A stretch of DNA of 64,000 nt, from assembly GCA_965602015.1 (NCBI GenBank), contig OZ271918.1, positions 3,296,001-3,360,000 on the forward strand, in the 5' to 3' direction. Made by a program: the position numbers and the translations under genes. Source of the stretch: Salinispira sp. (GTDB taxonomy: Bacteria > Spirochaetota > Spirochaetia > DSM-27196 > Salinispiraceae). The notes under the pieces are model-generated. The model was not told the DNA's origin, did not search any database, and saw only the letters and a program-made list of their open reading frames with translations. This document shows, one piece after another, positions 43,685 to 52,543 of this stretch; the stretch's first letter is position 1, and each line of letters opens with the position of its first letter.

Positions 43685-44095
43685 CTAATCTGACACCCAA
43701 TTTTCCATCTTTAGATCCGGAATCCGTTCAAACTCTCGAAGATTATTTGAGACCAAAATCAGATCATGTGCCCTCGCCTGAGCTCCGATAAGCATATCCA
43801 TATTTCCTATAAGCTCACCTTTCCTGGAAAGCATTGCCCTGATATTTCCATATTCAAATGCAGCACTCGAATCAAAATCGACGATCGCAAAGGGTAATAA
43901 AAATTCAAAAAGGGCCTCCCGATTCCGCTCTCTAAATTCGATTGCAGATTTCGCAATTCCAAACTCCAATTCTGCGATCGTAATTGTGGATATTCCAATT
44001 GAGTCGATTCCGTGAGCTTCGATGCGCTCAATCAGGGATTGGAATTTTCGATTGATGAGATAGATACAGATATTCGTATCAAAGAGGTACTTCAT
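43685..44095 (-). CDS. vapC: VapC PIN-domain toxin
   Basis: YLFDTNICI, AELEFG, DMLIGAQA, SNNLREF. Confidence 0.95.
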   Translation of the reverse strand: MKYLFDTNICIYLINRKFQSLIERIEAHGIDSIGISTITIAELEFGIAKSAIEFRERNREALFEFLLPFAIVDFDSSAAFEYGNIRAMLSRKGELIGNMDMLIGAQARAHDLILVSNNLREFERIPDLKMENWVSD

Positions 44096-44098
44096 CTC

Positions 44099-44326
44099 TT
44101 ACAAATCTTCACGTGACTGAGGAAGATCATTTTCGTGAGCGAGTTCGAAATCAGGTGAAAACTTATCGAAGGATTGTTTAAAAAGATCCCAGACTTTATC
44201 TTTTGGAATGAGCATGACGATGTCATCGATCTTTTTGATAAATACGTCATCCCCAGAAAATCGATATTCCTTAGGAAGTCTGACTGCTTGGCTTCGCCCA
44301 TTTTCAAATAGTTTAGCTGTATCCAT
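44099..44326 (-). CDS. vapB: VapB (AbrB-type) antitoxin
   Basis: [20 protein letters not shown]. Confidence 0.95.
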   Translation of the reverse strand: MDTAKLFENGRSQAVRLPKEYRFSGDDVFIKKIDDIVMLIPKDKVWDLFKQSFDKFSPDFELAHENDLPQSREDL

Positions 44327-44417
44327 TTCGTGCCCCTAGAAAATAATATATATTCAAGTATATATCTACCGTCATAATCAATCAATGATTTGAGATCGAT
44401 CACAAATCAGGAACAAG

Positions 44418-45767
44418 AATGGTGTCCAAATTAGTTCGCAATTTCATGTAGGAGCCAGCTTCCTCCAGCGGGTTAAGCGGCTATTTTCGGGATGAGATCT
44501 CGTTGCTCATCCAGTATTTCCTTTTTAATATAGGCCTTGCCGGCTGTCCAGTCTTCCGTGTATTCAATCAGGAAACAGGTCACCAATCTCAGGTAAGAAT
44601 CCTGAGATGGGAAAATCCCGACGACTTTCGACCGCCGACGGATCTCCCGGTTCAGTCTTTCCAGCATGTTTGTCGAAGCGACCTTCCGATGATCGAGCTT
44701 TGGAAATTCATAGAACTGGAGTGAGTCTTCAAGTCCGTTATCCAGGATTTCCACCGCCTCAGGGAATTGCGATTCCAGATCATCCATCACCTGTTTGGCA
44801 TATTCCCGTGCGGTACCGGCATCCGGTTGAAGCCAGATATGTTTGATACGGGCGGCAACATGCTCTTTGTGTTTGGCTCTCACTTTTGCCAACACGTTCC
44901 GCATGAAATGTACTTTGCAGCGTTGCCAGCTGGAACCAAGGAATTCTTTCTGGATAGCATTCTTCAATCCCAGATGCGCATCTGAGACCACAAGCCACAC
45001 GGACCGAAGGCCACGCTCCTTCAACCTCTGGATCAGGAACCGGTAATTGTCTTCATTTTCAGCATCCATGGGCTCTATTGCCAGGATTTCCCGTTCTCCA
45101 GCCCTGTTGAGGCCGCACACGACCATAACCGCATGATTGTAGACTCTCCCGTCATCCCGGATCTTTTCATACAGGGCGTCTATCCAGATTACTGGGTACT
45201 CCGCTTCAAGGGGGCGATTGCGAAATGTATCAACCTGTTCATCAAGACCTTTGTTGATTTCTGAAACCTGGCTTGCGGAAATATTCTCGATTCCCAGCTG
45301 TTTTGCCAGACGATCAATCTTCCGGGTTGAAACGCCGTTAATGAATGCTTCCTGGACAACCTGAAGAAGCGCCTGCTCAGACCGGCGCTTCTCGGTGACA
45401 AAGAAGGGGATATACCCTCCCTTTCGGAGCTTTGGAACCACCAGATACATGGTACCTAATCGGGTATCAAAACGGCGAACCCGTGTTCCGGAAAAGTGAG
45501 TAGCCCGGTTGTGGGAGTGCTGACCTTTGGGGGCACCGACCTTGAATTCGACTTCGATTTTCATAAGCTGCTCTGTTGTCCATTTGAGCATCTCAAACAA
45601 GGGATCGGATTCACCGGTGAATTGGGATAGCAGATTCTTGAAATCTGCGGTAGAGTTTTTTGGGGCCATGATTACTTACTCCTTCTGGTTGTGTATCGCT
45701 ACTTAACCTTCGGAGAGAATTGTGGCTCCTTTTACTTTTCTAAATTGCGAACATTATTGGACGTGAT
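44418..45767 (-). mobile_element. IS256-family insertion sequence (ends approximate)
   Basis: Imperfect terminal IRs GTCCAA-N4-GTTCGCAATTT at about 44424 and 45763; no clear target duplication seen. Confidence 0.85.
44473..45669 (-). CDS. IS256-family (Mutator) transposase
   Basis: GVSTRK, WIDALYEKIR, VSDAHLGL, WQRCKVHFMRN, STNMLERLNREIRRR. Confidence 0.95.
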   Translation of the reverse strand: MAPKNSTADFKNLLSQFTGESDPLFEMLKWTTEQLMKIEVEFKVGAPKGQHSHNRATHFSGTRVRRFDTRLGTMYLVVPKLRKGGYIPFFVTEKRRSEQALLQVVQEAFINGVSTRKIDRLAKQLGIENISASQVSEINKGLDEQVDTFRNRPLEAEYPVIWIDALYEKIRDDGRVYNHAVMVVCGLNRAGEREILAIEPMDAENEDNYRFLIQRLKERGLRSVWLVVSDAHLGLKNAIQKEFLGSSWQRCKVHFMRNVLAKVRAKHKEHVAARIKHIWLQPDAGTAREYAKQVMDDLESQFPEAVEILDNGLEDSLQFYEFPKLDHRKVASTNMLERLNREIRRRSKVVGIFPSQDSYLRLVTCFLIEYTEDWTAGKAYIKKEILDEQRDLIPKIAA

Positions 45768-45833
45768 CTGATTTTCAGCTACTCCTTTTTTCTGTTGCCG
45801 AAGAAATAGTAATGATGAACAACTTGAACAATA

Positions 45834-46076
45834 CTATATCCGTATCTCCTTTCCAATTGATAGAATGGTGATAAGTATTAGGAGGATGTAACCAATTGCG
45901 ACTCCATAGAATCTATAATCTATTTTAGATTTTTTTTTGATTTTGCTTATGAAATACGGTATCACAACGAAAGTCCCTAGTAGAAAGGGTACTAATATCA
46001 CGGGAAGACCCATGTTCTCAAATAACACAAATATTGGATCTAATATCCGCCGAAATAAATCTACTTTGGTATTCAA
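45834..46076 (-). CDS. Putative immunity protein of Rhs module 1 (small, two TM helices)
   Basis: Low GC, AGGAG RBS, 8 bp after the Rhs stop. Confidence 0.7.
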   Translation of the reverse strand: MNTKVDLFRRILDPIFVLFENMGLPVILVPFLLGTFVVIPYFISKIKKKSKIDYRFYGVAIGYILLILITILSIGKEIRI

Positions 46077-46084
46077 ATATACTC

Positions 46085-47644
46085 CTAATTATCAGGTAGA
46101 GTTTCACCAACAGTAAAGACAGAAACCCCAATGGAAGCCTCGGCAATTAGTACAGCTCTTGCACTATTTGTAGCAATAAATCGACCATTCGCCGAATTTA
46201 TAAATCTCTGAGCGCCTTGGTTAAATGCAGGTGCAGGGAGAATAAACCCAAGTACACCAGAAAAAGCTGATAGACCAGCACTTACATAATCACCCTCCAC
46301 GACATAGGCAACGCTTGCAAGCAAATCTAGTCCTGCAGATATTCCAAAAAGTATCGGTGCGGCGGCTGGTAAAGAAAAGACTGCAACCATCCCACCGGCA
46401 GTAAATGCTAAAGAAGCATTCGAAACAATGTCAGCAAATTCACCTACACCATCCAGACTATCGCTAGAAGGATCGTTATTCTGACTGTCAATCAAACCCG
46501 ATAGATCATATCCTGCAGCTTCATAATCCTGGATTCCTCGGAGCAGCTCTTTTGCTAAATCCTCTAACTCTTGCTTGTAGGCAAGAAATTCATCCAGCGT
46601 CATGCCGCTGGTATCTTGTTGTGAGAGTTTAACGAGTTTTTCTGACTGTTGGGTTATTGATTCCTGGGCAGAAATACCAGTGGAGACATGATTGATCTGT
46701 TCGGTTATTTCCTCATAGCTGGCAACCTCTGTTGTTGTTTCTTCTACGTTTCCATAATTCTCATTTTCAGGGGTTTTTGTATGGTAATCCCCGGCATCGA
46801 AGATCGTTGTACCCCAGCTCACTTCATTCAAACCGGTTGGATCGAAGTATTTGAGGGGATTGCTCGCTGCATACCGATACCAGTTCGAACCGAACCGTGC
46901 AGGATCCTCGCTTATAAACCTACCCGTCCCCGGGTCATACCACCGAGTATTGAAATAATACAGCCCGGTATCTTCATCCAGGTCCTTTCCGGTGTACATG
47001 AGGTTTTCTGTGTCAGCCATGGGTCCTAATTCTGATACCGAGTCGCCGAAGGGGGTGGTTTCTGCTGAGAAGACTTCGTTGCCGTCTTCGTCTGTCATCA
47101 GCACGGTGCTTCCCAGGTGGTCTGTGCCGTAGAAGTAGGTCTTTTCCGTGTTGGTGCTGTGGTCTACCACCCGTTTGGCAATGTGGCGGAGGTTTCTGAA
47201 TATGTAGTATTCGCTTTTCTCTTCTGTGTGCCGTTCGATTCTGTTGCCCTTTTGGTCGTAGACGTAATGGGTGATCTGGCCGTGTCGGTTTTTCTCCCAT
47301 ATCCTCAGGTTATTCACATCATAGCCGTATTCTTTTATTACCTCCAGATTGCCCTCTTCATCGAGCTCTTCGACGGTCTCAAGGCGGTTTAACAGGTCCC
47401 AGCTGTAGTGGCGGTAGGTTCCTGTCCGGTTGATGGTGATTTCACTGCCGGTGATTGTGGCGCTGTCTCCCCGTTCTGTGAGGTTGCCGTTCTCATCATA
47501 GGCATAGTAGTAGGTTCCGTCGTATTGGAGCAGGTCTGAGTTGGGGTAGTACTGGTATTGCTCACTCTGCATGCTGCCGGCGAGGATGCTTCGCATGGAG
47601 CGGTTGCCGTCGGGGGTGTAGTTGTAGAACTCGTTGCGGCCCAT
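46085..47644 (-). CDS. Orphan Rhs repeat-associated core with hydrophobic C-terminal toxin tip (module 1)
   Basis: YD repeats, TDHLGS, YTGKDLDEDTGLYYF..RWYDP..GRFISEDP, NPLKYFDPTG; far shorter than a full Rhs. Confidence 0.9.
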   Translation of the reverse strand: MGRNEFYNYTPDGNRSMRSILAGSMQSEQYQYYPNSDLLQYDGTYYYAYDENGNLTERGDSATITGSEITINRTGTYRHYSWDLLNRLETVEELDEEGNLEVIKEYGYDVNNLRIWEKNRHGQITHYVYDQKGNRIERHTEEKSEYYIFRNLRHIAKRVVDHSTNTEKTYFYGTDHLGSTVLMTDEDGNEVFSAETTPFGDSVSELGPMADTENLMYTGKDLDEDTGLYYFNTRWYDPGTGRFISEDPARFGSNWYRYAASNPLKYFDPTGLNEVSWGTTIFDAGDYHTKTPENENYGNVEETTTEVASYEEITEQINHVSTGISAQESITQQSEKLVKLSQQDTSGMTLDEFLAYKQELEDLAKELLRGIQDYEAAGYDLSGLIDSQNNDPSSDSLDGVGEFADIVSNASLAFTAGGMVAVFSLPAAAPILFGISAGLDLLASVAYVVEGDYVSAGLSAFSGVLGFILPAPAFNQGAQRFINSANGRFIATNSARAVLIAEASIGVSVFTVGETLPDN

Positions 47645-47986
47645 AAGTTCGGCGGTGAGAATTTTCTAAAGTCGGGGGGATGAGAGAAAGCCACGTATCA
47701 GGGAGTTGGGGTCTACCACGTATCAGCACCAATAATCACGGATTTGGTTTGGTGACCGGGGCGGTTTTGCAAAAGGGATTTTTCTGCTGACGATATGTTG
47801 AAAGAAAGGAATGAATGGGGCGCGAGGATTCGCGCCATTTTCACAAAGCACTTGGGCTGTGCTGTTTCAGGCTTCCTCCGTTTTTCTCAAGTGTATCTCT
47901 CCGCTCCTCGCGGTCAAGCCGCGCTTCGCTCAGGGGCGTTGACCACTCGTCGCTTCGAGACTGCCTCCTGAAAAAAGGAGGTCAGC

Positions 47987-48358
47987 ATGGCTGAGTATCT
48001 TTTCAAGGAACTGTCCTACACGGTGGTGGGAGCGTTGTATTCGGTGCACAACATCCTGGGTCCCGGGCTTTTGGAAAGCGCGTACGAGGGTGCGCTGGTT
48101 ATTGAGTGTCGCAGGCTGAATCTGGCGGTGGAACAGCAGAAGGTGTATCCGGTGTACTACAAAGGCGAGCTTGCCGGGGCGTACATTGCAGACCTGGTAA
48201 TTGAAGGAAAGCTCATCCTCGAACTAAAAAGTGTTTCCAAGCTCACTCCAGTTATGGAAGCCCAGCTCATAAATTACCTCAGGCTTTCGGGCATCCGCAT
48301 AGGGTACCTGGTAAACTTCAACGGCAGCAGGGTGGAGTTTAAGCGTTTTGTTGTGTGA
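47987..48358 (+). CDS. GxxExxY protein (PD-(D/E)XK nuclease superfamily), copy 1
   Basis: GPGLLESAY, ADLVIEGKLILELK, AQLINYL, GYLVNF; AGGAGG RBS. Confidence 0.92.
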   Translation: MAEYLFKELSYTVVGALYSVHNILGPGLLESAYEGALVIECRRLNLAVEQQKVYPVYYKGELAGAYIADLVIEGKLILELKSVSKLTPVMEAQLINYLRLSGIRIGYLVNFNGSRVEFKRFVV

Positions 48359-48493
48359 AGTTTTTTCTCTTCTGCAGGCTGCTGCAAGCATCAGCGGTCT
48401 GCAGAAGAGTTCTTGCTCAGCGGGAGCAAGATGCTCTTCGATAGGTCCGTCACTGACTGACGTATGTCAAAGAACTTGTTTGTCGGCTCAACC

Positions 48494-48562
48494 CCCATAA
48501 GAAGGATACTTGGAGCTGACGCCGGGATTGGATCCGGCGCAGCTCAAGTCTGGTCTTATGGG
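48494..48562 (+). repeat. attC-like bulged hairpin with non-canonical core, copy 1
   Basis: CCCATAAGA-AGGAT-ACTT(G)GAGCTG(A)CGCCGG-loop-CCGGCGCAGCTCAAGT-CTGG-TCTTATGGG. Confidence 0.75.
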
Positions 48563-48598
48563 TTTGTAGTACCCTGTCTTGTATGGCAAAATTGATCA

Positions 48599-49102
48599 TC
48601 ACATTGAAGACCAATCTATTTCGTAAATTTCAATTATTTTTGTTTTGTTTGAATATACCAGATTATAGGGATCAGATGAGGTCAAATCATTGCAATCATG
48701 TTCAATAACTCTCACAATGAACCTATACTCCTCAACCAAGGACGGTTGAATCTCCAATTCAACACCGACTACTGAATCGGTTTCGCGCAGTGTTTCGAGG
48801 ATTAAGTTCCCTTTCCCATCAAAAAAAGTCTGGGAATCATACTTGAGGAGTACATGAAAATCACGATATTCGGAATTTCTCGAAAAAAGTATCGCTTTTT
48901 CAATTACAGAGTTGCTCCCATCACAGAACGAGGCAGCAATTAAATATTGGATATTCTCGATAACAATAGTCGTATCCAATATGCTGAATTCAGTTGAAGA
49001 GAAAAAATCTTCGACTTCCGGGTTTATGTATTCTCCATCACCACATAGATGCGCTAAAAAAATTAACATATAAATTAATAAAAATGTATTTAATTTCTTC
49101 AT
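48599..49102 (-). CDS. Putative exported immunity protein of Rhs module 2
   Basis: Signal-peptide-like N-terminus MKKLNTFLLIYMLIFLA; low GC; directly after the toxin. Confidence 0.72.
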   Translation of the reverse strand: MKKLNTFLLIYMLIFLAHLCGDGEYINPEVEDFFSSTEFSILDTTIVIENIQYLIAASFCDGSNSVIEKAILFSRNSEYRDFHVLLKYDSQTFFDGKGNLILETLRETDSVVGVELEIQPSLVEEYRFIVRVIEHDCNDLTSSDPYNLVYSNKTKIIEIYEIDWSSM

Positions 49103-49110
49103 TTCATTTC

Positions 49111-50631
49111 CTACTCAAATAATATGTATCGCCAGTTTACTTGGCGGTTCTGGACATTGTGAACGGGTCTGAACGATCCTCGTATGATAATTGTACCGGC
49201 ATTAGACGGCGTATCATTGGTCCGTCCTCCCTGTGGATGTACCATCAGGCCATTTCCCAATTTTATTGTTACATGGTCGTAAACACCGTCCGGATCAGAT
49301 AGATTTCCCCAATCGTAATAATTCAGTGTACCTCTCGATCCATCACCCGCAACAGTTAAATTAGGATCGGTTGCTTGCCCATTAGCATTGCGTGTTCTGA
49401 GGAGTATTCCAGAAGCTTGTTCAATTACAGCCTCAGCCGTACCAGAGCAGTCTAATCCCCCCTTGTCATTATCTGGTTTGCCTCCCCAAATATACGGAGT
49501 GCCAACATATTTTTCGGCTTCATCCGCTAATCTGTCATTCAGTATTAGATTAACAAGCGGCTCTGACTGGTTATAATCTTCAACCAAAATATTGCGAATC
49601 AGATCATCTTCTGCAGACTGAATTTGTGAGTCAATTTCTTGAATCCATTCTTCATCATTGGTAATTGACTGGATTTGATCTCGTTCTGCATACAATTCTG
49701 AGATTCCGGTTTTTTCCTCTTCGATCATCGTGTACCGGATATTGGACAATACAGACTCTGGCATCCCTAAGTCACGTAGATTTTCTAGTTCAGTTTCATG
49801 TTCCTGGGAAATTAATCCGGACGGGTCTACATACCTCAACGGATTGTTTGCAACATAAACATACCACGCCCGGCCGTCGCGAGCAGGATCCTCGCTTATA
49901 AACCTCCCCACCGTTGGGTCATACCAGCGCGCATTGAAATAATACAGCCCGGTATCTTCATCCAGGTCCTTTCCGGTGTACATGAGGTTTTCTGTGTCAG
50001 CCATGGGTCCTAATTCTGATACCGAGTCGCCGAAGGGGGTGGTTTCTGCTGAGAAGACTTCGTTGCCGTCTTCGTCTGTCATCAGCACGGTGCTTCCCAG
50101 GTGGTCTGTGCCGTAGAAGTAGGTCTTTTCCGTGTTGGTGCTGTGGTCTACCACCCGTTTGGCGATGTGGCGGAGGTTTCTGAAGATGTAGTATTCGCTT
50201 TGCTCGTCGGTGTGCCGTTCGATTCTGTTGCCCTTTTGGTTATAGACGTAATGGGTGATTTGGCCGTGTCGGTTTTTCTCCCATATCCTCAGGTTATTCA
50301 CATCATAGCCGTATTCTTTTATTACTTCCAGATTGCCTTCTTCATCGAGCTCTTCGACGGTCTCAAGGCGGTTTAACAGGTCCCAGCTGTAGTGGCGGTA
50401 GGTTCCTGTCCGGTTGATGGTGATTTCACTGTCGGTGATTGTGGCGCTGTCTCCCCGTTCGGTGAGGTTTCCGTTCTCATCATAGGCATAGTAGTAGGTT
50501 CCGTCGTATTGGAGCAGGTCTGAGTTGGGGTAGTACTGGTATTGTTCGCTGACCGGGGGGCTGCCGGCGATGATGCTTCGCATGGAGCGGTTGCCGTAGG
50601 GGGTGTAGTTGTAGAACTCGTTGCGGCCCAA
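49111..50631 (-). CDS. Orphan Rhs core with NlpC/P60 peptidoglycan-hydrolase tip (module 2)
   Basis: Rhs core ending NPLRYVDPSG; YVGTPYIWGG...GLDCSG...DHV...MVH. Confidence 0.9.
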   Translation of the reverse strand: MGRNEFYNYTPYGNRSMRSIIAGSPPVSEQYQYYPNSDLLQYDGTYYYAYDENGNLTERGDSATITDSEITINRTGTYRHYSWDLLNRLETVEELDEEGNLEVIKEYGYDVNNLRIWEKNRHGQITHYVYNQKGNRIERHTDEQSEYYIFRNLRHIAKRVVDHSTNTEKTYFYGTDHLGSTVLMTDEDGNEVFSAETTPFGDSVSELGPMADTENLMYTGKDLDEDTGLYYFNARWYDPTVGRFISEDPARDGRAWYVYVANNPLRYVDPSGLISQEHETELENLRDLGMPESVLSNIRYTMIEEEKTGISELYAERDQIQSITNDEEWIQEIDSQIQSAEDDLIRNILVEDYNQSEPLVNLILNDRLADEAEKYVGTPYIWGGKPDNDKGGLDCSGTAEAVIEQASGILLRTRNANGQATDPNLTVAGDGSRGTLNYYDWGNLSDPDGVYDHVTIKLGNGLMVHPQGGRTNDTPSNAGTIIIRGSFRPVHNVQNRQVNWRYILFE

Positions 50632-50992
50632 AAGCTCGGCGGTGAGAAATTTTTAAAGCCGTGGGGATGGGAGGAAGCCACGTATCAGGGAGTTTTGGTC
50701 TACCACCTATGGTACAAATCCTCACGGATTGGGTTTGGGGAGCGGGCCGGTTCTGTAAAAGGGATTTCTCTGCTGATGGTATGTTGAAAGAAAGCAATGA
50801 ATCGGGCGCGAGGATTCGCGCCTTCTTCCCTATGCCTTGGGCTGTGCTGTCTGGCTTCCCCCGTTTCTCTCAAGTGTATCTCTCCGCTCCTCGCGGTCAA
50901 GGCAGCCTGGTTGTTTTCTCAATTTATTGGCAGGTCTTCCCACCTTGACCACTCGTCGCTTCGAGACTGCCTCCTGAAAAAAGGAGGTCAGC

Positions 50993-51364
50993 ATGGCTGA
51001 GTATCTTTTCAAGGAACTGTCCTACACGGTGGTGGGAGCGTTGTATTCGGTGCACAACATCCTGGGTCCCGGGCTTTTGGAAAGCGCGTACGAGGGTGCA
51101 CTGGTTATTGAGTGTCGCAGGCTGAATCTGGCGGTGGAACAGCAGAAGGTGTATCCGGTGTACTACAAAGGCGAGCTTGCCGGGGCGTACATTGCAGACC
51201 TGGTGGTCGAGGGCAAGGTCATTGTTGAATTAAAAAGCGTTTCGAAACTTACCCCGGTCATGGAAGCCCAGCTCATAAATTACCTCAGGCTTTCGGGCAT
51301 CCGCATAGGGTACCTGGTAAACTTCAACGGTAGCCGGGTGGAGTTTAAGCGTTTTGTAGTGTGA
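50993..51364 (+). CDS. GxxExxY protein, copy 2
   Basis: Near-identical to 47987-48358. Confidence 0.92.
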   Translation: MAEYLFKELSYTVVGALYSVHNILGPGLLESAYEGALVIECRRLNLAVEQQKVYPVYYKGELAGAYIADLVVEGKVIVELKSVSKLTPVMEAQLINYLRLSGIRIGYLVNFNGSRVEFKRFVV

Positions 51365-51490
51365 AGTTTTTTCTCTTCTGCAGGCTGCTGCAAGCATCAG
51401 CGGTCTGCAGAAGAGTTCTTGCTATCTGTCCGCATCATATGGAGTAAAAACATTGACAATCCGTCGCTTATATGCGACATTAATTCGATA

Positions 51491-51823
51491 GTGAGTATTG
51501 AATATGAAGTGATAATTTATTCGGACGAAAGTGGTAAAGAGCCATTTTCTAAATTTATCTCATCTATAACAACTCCGTTTCGCGCGCGGATTTTTTCTCG
51601 TCTTGACCGCGTCTCTCGAGGTAATTTGGGCGATGTAAAAATGCTTGGAGCGAATTTTGGCGAAATGAGATTCCATTTCGGTCCAGGGTTTCGAGTGTAT
51701 TTTGGAATCCATGAAAGGACACTCATTGTCCTACTACATGGTGGTACAAAACATCGTCAGAATAAGGATATTGAAAAAGCCAGAGTGTTTTGGCAGGACT
51801 ATTTAGAAAGGATGGTAAAATGA
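51491..51823 (+). CDS. RelE/HigB-like addiction module toxin
   Basis: GKEPF, GNLGDVK, EMRFHFGPGFRVYF, LLHGGTK..Q.KDI; promoter TTGACA 51453 with GTCGC-N6-GCGAC dyad. Confidence 0.9.
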   Translation: MSIEYEVIIYSDESGKEPFSKFISSITTPFRARIFSRLDRVSRGNLGDVKMLGANFGEMRFHFGPGFRVYFGIHERTLIVLLHGGTKHRQNKDIEKARVFWQDYLERMVK

Positions 51824-52116
51824 AAAATTATAGAAAATTGGTTCAAGAATATGTCAAAGATCCTAACGAAGCATACGAATACCTAAAGGCATCACTTGAA
51901 GATTATGAAACAGATGGGGATCTCGATGCATTCCTTCTCGCTATACGAACAGTTGCAGATGCGCAGGGCGGGATGACAAAACTTTCAGAAGTTACCCATC
52001 TTAATCGACAACATCTATACCGTTCGCTTGCTCGAAATGGGAACCCAACGATAAAAACCCTTGATTCGATACTGCATGCCCTCGGGCTAAAACTGACAGT
52101 AACAAAGGCTTCCTGA
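51820..52116 (+). CDS. Addiction module antitoxin (HigA-like HTH)
   Basis: AIRTVADAQGGMTKLS, LYRSL..NGNPT; ATGA overlap with the toxin. Confidence 0.9.
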   Translation: MKNYRKLVQEYVKDPNEAYEYLKASLEDYETDGDLDAFLLAIRTVADAQGGMTKLSEVTHLNRQHLYRSLARNGNPTIKTLDSILHALGLKLTVTKAS

Positions 52117-52201
52117 ATTTCAATTGGGATTGCCGAAGGTAAGCTCTTTGACTGAATGGTCACTTACTTACGTTTTTCAAAGAAGGCTTCGCCGGCTTTC
52201 C

Positions 52202-52272
52202 CCCCATAAGAAAGATACTTGGAGCTGACGCCGGGTTTGGATCCGGCGCAGCTCAAGTTGGGTCTTATGGGG
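52202..52272 (+). repeat. attC-like bulged hairpin with non-canonical core, copy 2
   Basis: Same stems as 48494-48562; four differences, all at unpaired positions. Confidence 0.75.
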
Positions 52273-52348
52273 TGTTTATCTTGCGCTGAAACAAGAATTC
52301 TTTTGAACAGAATAGAATCTTCAACATCACTCCACTCATTTGACCATA

Positions 52349-52534
52349 TCATTGAAGTAGCGTAAGGATAAATTCAATTGTACCAGCACCGATAAACATG
52401 ATTCCGCCAAAAATAAATAGTTGCCTGCGCTTACGCTTTACGAAACTTGCATCTCTGTCTTGGCTATTAACAAAAAACAGCGATAAAACTATTGATGAGA
52501 TACCTATGAAAATGTATACGAATCCTTCAAACAT
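52349..52534 (-). CDS. Putative immunity protein of Rhs module 3 (61 aa, two TM helices)
   Basis: TAAGGAGG RBS; two hydrophobic helices separated by KRKRR. Confidence 0.7.
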   Translation of the reverse strand: MFEGFVYIFIGISSIVLSLFFVNSQDRDASFVKRKRRQLFIFGGIMFIGAGTIEFILTLLQ

Positions 52535-52543
52535 ACGACCTCC

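Larger units (their letters stand above)
47645..48562 (+). repeat. GxxExxY element copy 1 (conserved leader, gene, trailer, terminal hairpin)
   Basis: Colinear with 50632-51423 plus 52143-52272. Confidence 0.85.

Noticed and set aside
47640..47647. CCCATAAG at the Rhs module 1 start matching the hairpin's outer arm
   Set aside because: The equivalent position in module 2 is CCCAAAAG and there is no partner arm; probably chance
47689..47728. NrdR boxes in the island repeat
   Set aside because: Only partial resemblance, inconsistent between copies, and no ribonucleotide reductase context
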